Part shown: in pieces, positions 8,427-19,171 of the stretch | Numbering within the stretch: the stretch's first letter is position 1 | Layout: every line of letters starts with the position of its first letter | IMG/VR virus record: IMGVR_UViG_3300032240_001991 | Location: 1-64,000 of that record | Direction: 5' to 3' (one strand) | Length of the DNA stretch: 64,000 nt | The notes under the pieces: model-generated | The model's database searches: none | Told to the model about the DNA's origin: nothing | Seen by the model: only the letters and a program-made list of their open reading frames with translations | Program-made: the position numbers and the translations under genes

Positions 8427-9850
8427 TCTGTATTTTCATAAACACCGTCGTAAGACTTAGACCATTGCTCACCATTCCATTTATATTGTATATTTGTATA
8501 TGCGTTTGTAATATAAGTTGTAGATGTAGTTACAGTAGAATCAAACAGCACCCACCATTGAGTACCATCCCATTGTATTATATCGTTGGCGTTTGCTTTA
8601 ATTCCATGGGGTTGTCCAGTAACAGGCGCTATACTACTCCATGCGTCTGGCCCTTCTACAGTATCATTAAGCACTACGTCATCTAGTATTAGATATCTTC
8701 GATCAATGTTCTGGCCAGAAACAGAATGAGGATTAAATGTCTGAGGATTTACAATAGCATCTATTGTTCCTCTACTATAAGTATCAGTATGATCAGTTAA
8801 AATAGTATTAGCAGGAACGGTATCAACGTCAACCGACAAGTTCATTAAACAGGCATTAAAAGGATTCAACGACATGTAAGCTACAATTTCATGACCGTCT
8901 GGTTTGCCTAATCTTAGTTGACTTAATCCCGATGTAAATTTGCCAGGATATAGGTCTAGAATGTTTAACCACGAAGGACGATTTGGAACATTATCTACAG
9001 TAACCCATCCCGTACTGACATTGTCTTCTCCTACTGGAACTAGAACAGCGACATTATCTAAAATTAATAACTTATAATCTTGAGGAGTAAGGGTAACCCT
9101 AGCAGTTGGTTCTAATCCTCCAAAGATATTTCCTCCATGAAGAGCATCTTCATATCCTCCTGCCTTGCCTGTGCCAACAGGCTCTTCAAATATATTAGCA
9201 ATAATTTTTGTAATAATGCCTAACTTCTTAACCTTTGCAGGAGGTGTGATCCAAATAGGTGCAGTAAACTGTAAGGTAGCAATACTTAGATCGTTATTAA
9301 GACCTTGTGGAACTGTTTTACTTTCAAAAACACTACCTTCTGTAATTTCTAAATAACTTAAACTAGTCCAGTCAACGTAGTTGTCTGTTGTTTGGATCTC
9401 CATACTAGGGTTAAACAACACTGTGATCTGTTCCCATAGCTGAAATTTTTGATCAGTATTAGTGGTCCAAATATCTGCATTAAATGTAATTACATAGGGC
9501 GTAGGCATTAAACGTTCGATGGTGTAATTTGCACCTTGTGTGTTTAAATATTGTTGATTAGCATCGTCAAATGCTCTTTCTCTAATATGCATCTTATTAA
9601 CATATGTAGGATTCTGCATTCTTGGGCGATCAAATTTTATATCTTTAATGTAACAAGCAATAAATGGAGCACTCTGAAGAATGTTTTCTGTATTTTTGTT
9701 TAAAATAGTTCCTACTTGTCGAGTCATGTCACCATAACGAACCGGAACTTGTATAATCTTTCCTGAACTATCTTTATAGGCAAAGTTACTCATTAATCTC
9801 ATAAACTGAGTTAGGTAGCGTTTTACCTGCCCGTCATAAAAATGTTCCAT
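8408..9850 (-). CDS. gp15: Tail terminator / sheath stabiliser, T4 gp15-like, with C-terminal extension
   Basis: HFYDGQVKRYLTQF, VPVRYGD, MPTPY..TFNADIW and QKFQLWEQI.VLFNP resemble gp15-family motifs; next to neck genes. Confidence 0.65.
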   Translation of the reverse strand: MEHFYDGQVKRYLTQFMRLMSNFAYKDSSGKIIQVPVRYGDMTRQVGTILNKNTENILQSAPFIACYIKDIKFDRPRMQNPTYVNKMHIRERAFDDANQQYLNTQGANYTIERLMPTPYVITFNADIWTTNTDQKFQLWEQITVLFNPSMEIQTTDNYVDWTSLSYLEITEGSVFESKTVPQGLNNDLSIATLQFTAPIWITPPAKVKKLGIITKIIANIFEEPVGTGKAGGYEDALHGGNIFGGLEPTARVTLTPQDYKLLILDNVAVLVPVGEDNVSTGWVTVDNVPNRPSWLNILDLYPGKFTSGLSQLRLGKPDGHEIVAYMSLNPFNACLMNLSVDVDTVPANTILTDHTDTYSRGTIDAIVNPQTFNPHSVSGQNIDRRYLILDDVVLNDTVEGPDAWSSIAPVTGQPHGIKANANDIIQWDGTQWWVLFDSTVTTSTTYITNAYTNIQYKWNGEQWSKSYDGVYENTDWRMIL

Positions 9851-9851
9851 A

Positions 9852-11048
9852 TTAGTGATCTGCCTTTGGTTTCAATACTTTACTCAATGCTTGACGCTCC
9901 GGTACAACCTGACCTGCAATAGTTGCGGTATTATTGTTGTTAATAAAGCTGGTTTTCTGTGTTTGTCTAGATAGAGAATTATCAACGGGCATGCCGTCTG
10001 TTGGTTTATTAGTTAGAGTCATGCGCACATTGTCTTCGTAAGTAATCCAGTGTTTACCATTCCATCTATAAAGACGATTTGGAAAATAATCTGTACGTAA
10101 GTGAAATTGTCCAGTAACACTAGGCGTTACAAATTCAACTCCCATCGTATATGGAGCACCGTTAGGAGGCATTCCGTCTCCTGTAAGGTAACCAACATAG
10201 ATGTCTCTCTTAGGACTATTTAATATAATACTAGCATCCATTGCTGCTGTTTCACTATCAATTGTTATTGCAGTCATGCTAGCATCTGCAACATCTACAA
10301 TGCCAGATTCTCTTGTTGGTATAACATAATAACTAAAATTATCATAACCACTTAATGGAGCATCTGCTTCTGCTTGAGCAATAATAGCATTATTGATTTC
10401 AATATTCTTATTATAGGTACTAAGGATGTCTCGCAAGCTGCTGCCGTCACCAGCACCAGAATCTCCGTCCAATATTTCTTTAAATTCTTGACTATCAACT
10501 AGCGGTTGACATTTAGCACGTAATAAATGTGGATACCAAGTAGGACTATATCCTGTGCTAGGACGGGTAACTTCTATGATTACATAAAATCTTTTTAATG
10601 CAACCATAGCAGTATCTAACGCATACTCATCTTTTTGATGCGGAAGCTCGATAACATCGCCTGGCATTATTTTTCTACCAAGTGATTCTACTGTACCTCT
10701 TAAATGAAAGTGTACAAGAATTTCGTCATTACTTAAAAATAAACCAAATTGTGCTAGATTAAAAACACTATCCATCATAGTATAGATACCGCGCAATCTA
10801 TAGACGTCAGGATCATATTTCCTATCACGGTTTTCCATAAAAATTAGATCTTGAATACCTAATTCTGGTATAGGATTAGAGTTAATTGGAGTTCCAGGTG
10901 TGCTTTCTCCGCTAAGAGGGTCAGCTGGACCAAGATACTTGTGCACCATGCAATCAGTTCCGCCAACTTGAAATTGCTCGTTGATCAACCGATCAATTAA
11001 TTTAAAGTCATTGCCTTTTTCTGGTCGGTATAAACTTAAGCGTGGCAT
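9852..11048 (-). CDS. gp14: Neck/head-closure protein, T4 gp14-like, with C-terminal extension
   Basis: QDLIFMENRDRKY, LAQFGLFL and MPGDVIELPH; start placed at MPRLSLY. Confidence 0.65.
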   Translation of the reverse strand: MPRLSLYRPEKGNDFKLIDRLINEQFQVGGTDCMVHKYLGPADPLSGESTPGTPINSNPIPELGIQDLIFMENRDRKYDPDVYRLRGIYTMMDSVFNLAQFGLFLSNDEILVHFHLRGTVESLGRKIMPGDVIELPHQKDEYALDTAMVALKRFYVIIEVTRPSTGYSPTWYPHLLRAKCQPLVDSQEFKEILDGDSGAGDGSSLRDILSTYNKNIEINNAIIAQAEADAPLSGYDNFSYYVIPTRESGIVDVADASMTAITIDSETAAMDASIILNSPKRDIYVGYLTGDGMPPNGAPYTMGVEFVTPSVTGQFHLRTDYFPNRLYRWNGKHWITYEDNVRMTLTNKPTDGMPVDNSLSRQTQKTSFINNNNTATIAGQVVPERQALSKVLKPKADH

Positions 11049-11049
11049 A

Positions 11050-11622
11050 TTATCCCCATGAAATACTAGCGTCGTTTTCTTGAGCAAATTTAATTAATTC
11101 AATTAACTTGTCAATATAATGATTTACTTGATCTTGACTGCGTCCCATGTCTATCATCCTAGGTCCAGTTTTTCCAATATGTGTTACACCTTGATCGTCG
11201 GTGTGTTTTTTACCCATTGGACCTTGCATATCGCTAGGTTCTTGCGTATATTGATTAGTATCTTGATTTTTTAACTGGATGAGTCTACGCATGAATTTTG
11301 GCAAATCTCGGTTATGTATAATTCCAGAATAATCAGGATTTGTAACGCCCAGCATACGTTGTATTTCGTATCCGTTAGAATTACTTACTTGCAATTCTGG
11401 AGCTGCACTTACCCATTCTTCACTTTTACCTTTACCGTCACAACGTCGACATGGATATTCACCGTCGCTCCACGTTTCTTTTCCTGTACCATCACATGCA
11501 AAACACGGCTCTAGTTGTTTGGTCTCCCAGTCCGCACTAGACCAAACTTTTCGTCCATCATAATCTTTTAGCTTTGCCGCGGTAAAGGTCATGCCCTCAG
11601 TTATAAGATCTCGTATTTTCAT
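11050..11622 (-). CDS. Hypothetical protein with DnaJ-type CxxCxGxG zinc-finger pair
   Basis: CFACDGTG and CRRCDGKG; N-terminus MKIRDLITE; late promoter upstream. Confidence 0.6.
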   Translation of the reverse strand: MKIRDLITEGMTFTAAKLKDYDGRKVWSSADWETKQLEPCFACDGTGKETWSDGEYPCRRCDGKGKSEEWVSAAPELQVSNSNGYEIQRMLGVTNPDYSGIIHNRDLPKFMRRLIQLKNQDTNQYTQEPSDMQGPMGKKHTDDQGVTHIGKTGPRMIDMGRSQDQVNHYIDKLIELIKFAQENDASISWG

Positions 11623-11668
11623 CAGTGGTTCCAAAGTTTCAATATTGTATTTATGGCTAAATAATTGT

Positions 11669-12427
11669 ATGAATGAGCTAGATAATGAGCGTCAAGTTGT
11701 AATTGATTATATACGCACCTTCTTAGGTGACGGAATGGTTGATGTAGAATTGGATCCTATCCACTATAATACAGCTATTGATAAGGCACTAATGCGGTAT
11801 CGTCAACGCAGTCAAAATGCTACAGAAGAAAGTTTTGGGTTTATAACACTTCAAGTAGATCAAAACGAATACTTTATGCCTAAAGAAGTTATGCAAGTGC
11901 GTCAAGTTTTCCGTAGAAGTATTGGTTCTCGCTCAGGCGGCGGAGACGGTGGTTCTTTATTTGAACCGTTTAATTTAGCTTATACAAATACATATCTGTT
12001 AAGCAGTTCAAATATGGGAGGACTAGCAACATATTTTGCATTTGCTAGCTACCAAAATTTAGTTGGTAAGATGTTTGGAAGTTTTATTAATTTTGATTTT
12101 AACCCTACAACTAAAAAACTAAGAATATCGCAACGTCCGAGAACAGAAGAAAGCGTACTAATTTGGATGTATAATCATCGCCCAGATTTTAACTTGTTTC
12201 AAGACAACTATGCAGGTCTATGGATTAAGGATTATGCGTTAGCTCAGGCTAAAATCATGTTAGGCGAAGCACGCGAAAAGTTTGGAAATATTTCAGGACC
12301 ACAAGGTCAGGTAACTATTAACGGTCAGGCGCTTAAATCAGAAGGGCTAGCAATGACAGAAAAACTCGATGCTGAGTTAGTTAATAACTTTGATAACCAA
12401 CAACCGTTGACATTTGTTATAGGATAA
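11669..12427 (+). CDS. gp13: Neck protein, T4 gp13-like
   Basis: YIRTFLGDGMVDVELD, WIKDYALAQAKIMLGEAREKF and INGQALKSEG; start at MNELDN after TAAATA. Confidence 0.75.
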   Translation: MNELDNERQVVIDYIRTFLGDGMVDVELDPIHYNTAIDKALMRYRQRSQNATEESFGFITLQVDQNEYFMPKEVMQVRQVFRRSIGSRSGGGDGGSLFEPFNLAYTNTYLLSSSNMGGLATYFAFASYQNLVGKMFGSFINFDFNPTTKKLRISQRPRTEESVLIWMYNHRPDFNLFQDNYAGLWIKDYALAQAKIMLGEAREKFGNISGPQGQVTINGQALKSEGLAMTEKLDAELVNNFDNQQPLTFVIG

Positions 12428-12452
12428 CATAAAATAACTCAAAGGAGTTATT

Positions 12453-13172
12453 ATGATTATTGGCATCTTAGGTTTGATTGGTTCCGGAAAAGATACCGCT
12501 GCAGATTATCTTGTAAATCATCATAATTTTGAAAGAGAGAGCTTTGCTAAAAGCTTAAAAGACGCAGTCTCTAATGTTTTTGGGTGGGACAGAGAGATGC
12601 TTGAAGGAAAAACTGATCAATCTCGATTTTGGCGAGAACAAGAGGATCAGTGGTGGGCAAAGAGACTTAATAAACCTGGTCTTACTCCTCGATGGGTGCT
12701 ACAATATTGGGGCACTGAAGTGTGCCGTTCTGGATTTCATGACGATATTTGGATTGCTGGTTTAGAAAATCGTCTTAGAAATGTTAGTTCTAACATAGTC
12801 ATCTCTGATTGCCGATTTCCCAATGAGATTTCCGCTATTAAAAACTCTGGCGGAATTACAATTAGAGTAAAAAGAAGTGCAGAGCCAGAATGGTACGACA
12901 TTGCGTTAACGCAGTGTCGTGCATCTGTGGAAGAACTAGATAAATTAAAAAACTCTGGACTAGTAATGGAACAAATATATCCAGATGTACACTCTAGTGA
13001 GTGGGCATGGATTGGGTCAGAATTTAATTATATTATTGAAAATAACGGCAGCAAACAAGATCTGTTTAGTCAACTAGAGTCAATCATTAAAAATCCGGAA
13101 TTAGATCCCCTTGCCGCCAAGGTAGATGTAGCGTATGAAGCAGCCGTTGGCAATTGGCACAGATTGTCTTAA
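12453..13172 (+). CDS. Deoxynucleoside monophosphate kinase (T4 gp1-like)
   Basis: GLIGSGKDT P-loop, SFAKSLKD, PRWVLQYWGTE and ISDCRFPNE. Confidence 0.85.
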   Translation: MIIGILGLIGSGKDTAADYLVNHHNFERESFAKSLKDAVSNVFGWDREMLEGKTDQSRFWREQEDQWWAKRLNKPGLTPRWVLQYWGTEVCRSGFHDDIWIAGLENRLRNVSSNIVISDCRFPNEISAIKNSGGITIRVKRSAEPEWYDIALTQCRASVEELDKLKNSGLVMEQIYPDVHSSEWAWIGSEFNYIIENNGSKQDLFSQLESIIKNPELDPLAAKVDVAYEAAVGNWHRLS

Positions 13173-13422
13173 GATTACTATAACTGCAATTATTTAAATT
13201 TCCGTCTATGTGAAATACATTAAATTGCTCGCCCCATTTGCTATTGTAACCGCAACGATCACATTTTAACTTTTTCTTATAACCTGTTTTAGCCCATCGT
13301 GGAGTTCCTTCCTTAGATACACGAGCACAATGATCACATTGTGATCGATAATGTGTTACTCCGTCCTTATGATAATTGATAGCAACAGGCCGACAATTAC
13401 AGCTTTTACATAAGTCTCTCAT
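13087..13422 (-). CDS. Small zinc-binding HNH endonuclease-like protein
   Basis: CxxC pairs and HIDGNLNN...NLKTICANC. Confidence 0.7.
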   Translation of the reverse strand: MRDLCKSCNCRPVAINYHKDGVTHYRSQCDHCARVSKEGTPRWAKTGYKKKLKCDRCGYNSKWGEQFNVFHIDGNLNNCSYSNLKTICANCQRLLHTLHLPWRQGDLIPDF

Positions 13423-13523
13423 ATAATGCGCCCTTTAAAGGTGCCCTTTATGACTATTTAATCCGGTAAAAAATGTCAACAACCGATAAATAAAAACAAG
13501 TAATCCTTTAAGGAGATTTGTAA

Positions 13524-16500
13524 ATGGCAACATTAAATTCACCTGGTGTATTAGTTTCAGTAGTTGACGAAAGCTTTTACTTACCAGCGGCACCGGGAAC
13601 AATCCCACTAGTTTTTGTAGCTTCTGCTTCTAACAAACAGAATGCTAGCGGTACAGCTACAGCAGCAGGCACACTAGATGCTAATGCTGGCAAGGTCTGG
13701 ACCATCACAAGTCAGCGCGATTTAGCTGATACATTTGGTACTCCATATTTCCAAACTGACGCTAGCGGTAACCCCGTTAACGCTGGTGAACTAAACGAAT
13801 ATGGCCTACAAGCAACTTATAGTTTGTTAGGCGTAAGTAGTCGTGCTTTTGTTGTAAGAGCTGATGTTGATCTTGGGCAATTGCACGGTGAAAGTTCTAT
13901 TCCAAATGGTGATCCTGCTTCAGGCACCTACTGGGTAGATACTGCAAATTCTTTATATGGTATTAGCGAATGGGATGCTACAAATGCAGTATTTGTAAAT
14001 AAAATCCCATTAGTAATTGATAACGATAATAAAGACATGGTTGCAGCACTTGCTGTAGACGAATGGGTTCCAAACGCTAGTTTTGGTTCACAAGGAAACT
14101 ATGCAATTACTGTAACTAGTGAAAATACCAACCAAGTTTGGTATAAGAACACCGACAACGCATGGGTTAAGGTTGGATCCAACAACGAAGACTTTAGCAC
14201 ATCATGGCATGCAAGCACATGCTGGCAGACCAGCTGGCCGGTAGTATCAAGTACTGGATTCAATGCGGTCAACTCCAGCACATCCTTTAAAATAAACACA
14301 GTATCGGTTACATTAGGATCAAATGTTACTCCAGCAGGCGTTGCAAGTAGCATTAACTCACAGATGTACACTTACGGTGTTGGTGCTAGAGTTGTTAACA
14401 ATAAACTTGCTATATATGCAGATGCGGGTGCTACTTCAAACGGCAGCACTGCAGATGGTAAGATTGCAATCGCAGCTGTTGGAACAGCTACTCAGGTACT
14501 AACCTCATTAGGTCTTGCAGCAGGTACATACGGCAATGTTGACCTTGCAGTACAACCTCATACACAGGTACCAAGATTTGCAACAAATGCAAATCCAACA
14601 GGAAGTGTTTATATTAAGACCACTGCACCAAACACAGGTGCAAACTGGTCTGTCAAATACTTTAACGGTTCTACTAAAACATGGGGAACAGTGAGCACAC
14701 CGATTTATGCTTCGTCGGCAGCAGCACTTTATGCTTATGACAAAGCCGGTGGATTAAATGTTCCAGTTGGAACACTTTACATTGAAAGTAATTATGATCA
14801 CGGAACAGGTGACACAGTTTCATCTCCATTGTTTGGAGAGTTTAAGGTATACCGCAGAAATGCAGTATATCCAACTACAATCACTTACAGTGTTCCAAGT
14901 ACTTTCACAGGATTTGCTGCCACAACCAGCACATTCCAGATTAAAGAAACTGTAGCAAATAGCTCAGCGTTTTCAGCAGGTGTCACAGTTACACTAGCAG
15001 CAAATGCAACACTTACTGATTTTGTAACAGCGGTTAGTGCTGCTGGATTAACAAATGTAAGTGCTGAATACGATTCAACTGCTGATACAATTAGCCTTAG
15101 TCATGCACTAGGCGGAGATATCAAACTGTTAGATGGAACTAATACTCCGTTGACTGGTAATGGCGCTAACGCATTAGGATTTACTGCTTATAATATGAGC
15201 ACAGGGTTAGGAACCGCAAACCTATATGCAACAGGTGAGTACGAAACAGACGGATTTACACTAAAGGCGTCTAACTGGAAGCCGTTGGTATTTGAAGCTA
15301 AAACTACTGCTCCTTATACAACACCAGCAGATGGCCAGTTATGGTATAGCTCAGTTGTAAATGAAGTTGATATTATGTATCACAACGGATCTACATGGGT
15401 AGGATACAAAACAGCGTTTCCAACATCTGATCCAAAAGGCCCGCAGGTAACTGCTACTGCTCCAACTACACAAAGTGACGGAACTCCGTTAGTTGACGGT
15501 GACATTTGGATCAGTACTGCTGATATGGAAAACTACGGAAAAGTTGTTTATGTCTGGAATGGTTCTACTTTAAAGTGGATACTACAGGATGTAACTGATC
15601 AAGTAACTCCAAATGGTTGGCTATTTGCTGATGCTCGATGGGCTGCAAGCGGACAGGCTTCGGAACCAGCTACAATCAAAGCACTATTAAGTAGCAACTA
15701 CCTAGATCCAGACGCTCCAGATCCTGCACTATACCCAGAAGGTATGCGCTTATGGAATCTACGTCGTTCAGGATATAATGTTAAAAAGTATCATTCAAAC
15801 TACATTAATATCTATGCTAACGACGGGAAGAACATTCGTTACAATAACGATATTATGGATAATACAATGGATCCATACTTTGCTGATCGCTGGGTAAGCG
15901 CAAGTCCAAATAATGCAGACGGTAGTGGAACGTTTGGACGCCATGCACAACGCGGTGTAGTTGTAGCAGCATTTAAGTCACTAGTTGATACTAACACAGC
16001 AATTAGAGATACAGATACTCTTACATTTAACTTAATTGCTTGCCCTGGTTATCCAGAAGCTGTGCAAAACATGGTTGCGTTCAATATTGATCGCAAGCAA
16101 ACAGCATTTGTGTTAGGTGACACACCGTTTAGATTAGCGGCCAATGGTACTGATTTAGCAGCATGGGGCAATAATACTAATGGTGCATTAGATAATAATG
16201 ACGAAGGCGGTGTAACACACGATCAGTATATGGCATTCTACTATCCAAGTGGATATACCAATGACAATTTAGGCAACTATATTGTTGTTCCGCCAAGTCA
16301 CATGATGATGAGAACTATTGCTAAGAGCGACAGTGTAAGCTTCCCATGGTTTGCACCAGCAGGACTACGCAGGGGTATTGTTGACAACGCAACCGCAGTA
16401 GGTTATGTTGAGGCAACAACTGGTGAGTTTAAACAAGCATCATTGTACGAAAGCCTACGTGATGTTATGGCGCAGAATGGACATATTAATCCAATAGCTA

Positions 16501-16889
16501 CACTACCAGGAAGTGGTATTGTTGTAATGGGTCAGTATACTCGTGCAAGCGTAGCTAGCGCATTAGATAGAGTAAATGTTGCAAGACTTGTTGCTTACAT
16601 TCGCAAGCAGCTAGAAATTCTATCTCGTCCGTTCTTGTTTGAACCAAACGACAAGATTACACGCGATGAAATTAAAGCAGCAGCTGACAGTTTCTTACTT
16701 GAATTAGTAGGACAGCGTGCGTTGTACGACTTCATTACAGTTTGTGACGAGTCAAACAACACACCTGCAAGAATTGATCGCAGTGAACTTTGGATGGATA
16801 TTGCTATTGAGCCAGTTAAGGCCGTAGAGTTCATCTACATTCCACTCAGACTAGTTAACACTGGTGCGATTGCGGCTGGTAACGTATAA
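13524..16889 (+). CDS. gp18: Contractile tail sheath protein
   Basis: SPGVLVSVVDES N-terminus; FPWFAPAGLRRG, INPI, LDRVNVARL, FLFEPND and IEPVKAVEFIYI C-terminal sheath motifs. Confidence 0.95.
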   Translation: MATLNSPGVLVSVVDESFYLPAAPGTIPLVFVASASNKQNASGTATAAGTLDANAGKVWTITSQRDLADTFGTPYFQTDASGNPVNAGELNEYGLQATYSLLGVSSRAFVVRADVDLGQLHGESSIPNGDPASGTYWVDTANSLYGISEWDATNAVFVNKIPLVIDNDNKDMVAALAVDEWVPNASFGSQGNYAITVTSENTNQVWYKNTDNAWVKVGSNNEDFSTSWHASTCWQTSWPVVSSTGFNAVNSSTSFKINTVSVTLGSNVTPAGVASSINSQMYTYGVGARVVNNKLAIYADAGATSNGSTADGKIAIAAVGTATQVLTSLGLAAGTYGNVDLAVQPHTQVPRFATNANPTGSVYIKTTAPNTGANWSVKYFNGSTKTWGTVSTPIYASSAAALYAYDKAGGLNVPVGTLYIESNYDHGTGDTVSSPLFGEFKVYRRNAVYPTTITYSVPSTFTGFAATTSTFQIKETVANSSAFSAGVTVTLAANATLTDFVTAVSAAGLTNVSAEYDSTADTISLSHALGGDIKLLDGTNTPLTGNGANALGFTAYNMSTGLGTANLYATGEYETDGFTLKASNWKPLVFEAKTTAPYTTPADGQLWYSSVVNEVDIMYHNGSTWVGYKTAFPTSDPKGPQVTATAPTTQSDGTPLVDGDIWISTADMENYGKVVYVWNGSTLKWILQDVTDQVTPNGWLFADARWAASGQASEPATIKALLSSNYLDPDAPDPALYPEGMRLWNLRRSGYNVKKYHSNYINIYANDGKNIRYNNDIMDNTMDPYFADRWVSASPNNADGSGTFGRHAQRGVVVAAFKSLVDTNTAIRDTDTLTFNLIACPGYPEAVQNMVAFNIDRKQTAFVLGDTPFRLAANGTDLAAWGNNTNGALDNNDEGGVTHDQYMAFYYPSGYTNDNLGNYIVVPPSHMMMRTIAKSDSVSFPWFAPAGLRRGIVDNATAVGYVEATTGEFKQASLYESLRDVMAQNGHINPIATLPGSGIVVMGQYTRASVASALDRVNVARLVAYIRKQLEILSRPFLFEPNDKITRDEIKAAADSFLLELVGQRALYDFITVCDESNNTPARIDRSELWMDIAIEPVKAVEFIYIPLRLVNTGAIAAGNV

Positions 16890-16920
16890 TAGGTAAATAA
16901 AAGAGATAAGGAGCACTTAG

Positions 16921-17547
16921 ATGGCAATTTCCAGTTTGAGTAAGTTAGGAGTTCCACTAGAAGGAAACCAGAGCGCAAACAACCAAGGTTTATTAATGCC
17001 GAAGCTTTCATACCGCTTCCGTGTATTATTTCAAAACTTAGGTGTTAGCAAACCAACAACAGAACTAACCAAACAGGTTATGACTGCTGCAAGACCTTCG
17101 CCAGAATTTGATGATGTTGTACTAGATGTCTATAACAGCAGAATTAAACTTGCTGGTAAGGCTAAGTGGAACGACATTTCAATTGTCGTGCGTGACGATG
17201 CTCTTGGTTCAGTTAGCAAACTAGTTGGAGAACAGTTGCAGAAGCAGATGGATTTTTATGAACAAGCTTCAGCTGCTAGCGGCATCGATTATAAATTCAC
17301 AACCAAGATTGAAATTCTTGATGGTGGAAACGGTGCGTTTGATCCAACAGTGTTAGAAACATTTGAGGTATATGGTTGCTATCTAAGCAAAGCAGAATAC
17401 GCTCAGCTTGATTATAGTAAGAGTGATCCATTACAGATTACAATGACAATCAAGTACGACAATGCTCTACAGGTTAACACCGCAGGTGTACCAAACGGCA
17501 TTGGCGTAAATGTTGGACGCACAATACGTACTTTAGCTACAGGTTAA
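16921..17547 (+). CDS. gp19: Tail tube protein
   Basis: MPKLSYRFRV, KLAGKAKWNDISI and LDYSKSD...ITMTIKYDNA; follows the sheath gene. Confidence 0.9.
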   Translation: MAISSLSKLGVPLEGNQSANNQGLLMPKLSYRFRVLFQNLGVSKPTTELTKQVMTAARPSPEFDDVVLDVYNSRIKLAGKAKWNDISIVVRDDALGSVSKLVGEQLQKQMDFYEQASAASGIDYKFTTKIEILDGGNGAFDPTVLETFEVYGCYLSKAEYAQLDYSKSDPLQITMTIKYDNALQVNTAGVPNGIGVNVGRTIRTLATG

Positions 17548-17566
17548 TAGAAATCGTAGATCAAAG

Positions 17567-17595
17567 AAAGGGCGTAAAATTTACGCCCTTTTTTT
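17567..17595 (+). terminator. Intrinsic terminator after the tail tube gene
   Basis: AAAGGGCGTAA-loop-TTACGCCCTTT followed by a T-run. Confidence 0.8.
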
Positions 17596-17611
17596 ATGAC
17601 TAAATATTGTT

Positions 17612-18790
17612 ATGGCAAACGCATTTGTAAATTTTCTCTCAGGGGTGTTAAACGGTTCTGGTAATCTTAGAGATTATCAACATGCCTCAAGACTGTATGT
17701 AAGTAATACATACGAACTTGCACCAAAGAACGGATGGATTTATTATGTTGTAGTTAATATAAATCCAGATCTTGCAAATGCAATAACAGATAACACACTT
17801 AAAACTGAATTTAATGCTTGGTATAACAAATATAAAGGTATGGTTGGGTTATTAGCTAAACAAGTTGATAGTCCAAAGTTTACTGTAGAGACAGAGATAC
17901 TTAATCAATACAATAGAAAAACAGTTGTACAAAAGAGAATTAATTATGATTCCCTTTCAATTGTTTTTCACGACGATATGGCTAATGTTTCCACTAATTT
18001 ATGGAAAGCCTATTACCAATATTATTACGGAGACAGTAATGACTCTTCTTTTGGTGGCACTGTAAAAACTAAATCCGCCAAATATAGCGATAACAAGTAT
18101 AATGAATTTAACGGGCAGCAGACATACCGATACGGTTTAAATAATAGCCAGAGCATACCGTTTTTTGATTCAATTGACATCTATCAACTAAATCAGCGAC
18201 ATTATACTTCTTTTAAAATTGTCAATCCAATAATTAAAAGTTGGCAACACGATCAGTTAGATCAAACACAAGGTAATAGAGTATTAACTAGTAAGTTAGT
18301 AGTAGATTACGAAACTGTAATTTATGATACAAAAGATACAAATGCAGTTACAAAAGGAAATCCTGGATTTAATAAAAATCATTATGATACCACGCCTAGT
18401 CCATTAAGCATAGGCGGCCAAGGAACTACTAGCGTCCTTGGTCCAGGTGGTCTAGTTGCAGGAGCTAAATCAGTGTTTGGTACATTAACAAATCCAGGAG
18501 CTAGTCCATTAGATTTACTAAATGCTGCTATACAAACAGGTAATATTGTTCGCAATGCAAAGAATATTTCTACCGCAGGATTAAAAGAAGAGGGGACAGG
18601 AATATTAACTAGCGTATTATCTGGTATTGAACAATCACCTTCTATACCTGGACAAACTACTGGACAGAGAATTATTTCTGGAACTTTAAATGGGTTAAAT
18701 CAAACCTTAACTCCCGCAGGCATTAATGTTCCTACCGGCAATAAGACAACAAATAATTCAGTAAAAGCAACTCCGGTTACTATAGGATAA
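17612..18790 (+). CDS. Tail-tube-fold baseplate/tube junction protein (gp48/gp54-like)
   Basis: KQVDSPKF....NQYNRK....INYDSLSIVFHDD tube-like motif; position in the tail cluster. Confidence 0.55.
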   Translation: MANAFVNFLSGVLNGSGNLRDYQHASRLYVSNTYELAPKNGWIYYVVVNINPDLANAITDNTLKTEFNAWYNKYKGMVGLLAKQVDSPKFTVETEILNQYNRKTVVQKRINYDSLSIVFHDDMANVSTNLWKAYYQYYYGDSNDSSFGGTVKTKSAKYSDNKYNEFNGQQTYRYGLNNSQSIPFFDSIDIYQLNQRHYTSFKIVNPIIKSWQHDQLDQTQGNRVLTSKLVVDYETVIYDTKDTNAVTKGNPGFNKNHYDTTPSPLSIGGQGTTSVLGPGGLVAGAKSVFGTLTNPGASPLDLLNAAIQTGNIVRNAKNISTAGLKEEGTGILTSVLSGIEQSPSIPGQTTGQRIISGTLNGLNQTLTPAGINVPTGNKTTNNSVKATPVTIG

Positions 18791-18793
18791 GTC

Positions 18794-19171
18794 ATGTCTA
18801 ATCTTTACTCAAACATCCCACCAAGATCTTCAGCATCAAGCTCTAATCCTACGGTAGAAGTATTCAATAACTACTACAAGTTGCCTGTAAGCATTAGCAA
18901 TAACGACTTAGTCGCTATGATAGGATTTTTTGAAAGCAAAGGATTTGAGCCAGTATCAGCTGAAAGAACAGCAGTTATTATTCTTACGCAAGCCGCAAAA
19001 GACGGATACAGTGCTATGCAAGTAATGGATACACTAAAGGGATTAGATTCAATAGAAATTAGTGGACTAGTTGCTGAAATACTAAACTATAACAGAGTGA
19101 ATACTAGTCTGCTAGGAGTCGTACAATATTACTCTCCATCAGAAGAAGTTATACGTAACATAATTGCATGA
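18794..19171 (+). CDS. Hypothetical protein (tail cluster)
   Basis: ORF coupled to flanking genes. Confidence 0.6.
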   Translation: MSNLYSNIPPRSSASSSNPTVEVFNNYYKLPVSISNNDLVAMIGFFESKGFEPVSAERTAVIILTQAAKDGYSAMQVMDTLKGLDSIEISGLVAEILNYNRVNTSLLGVVQYYSPSEEVIRNIIA

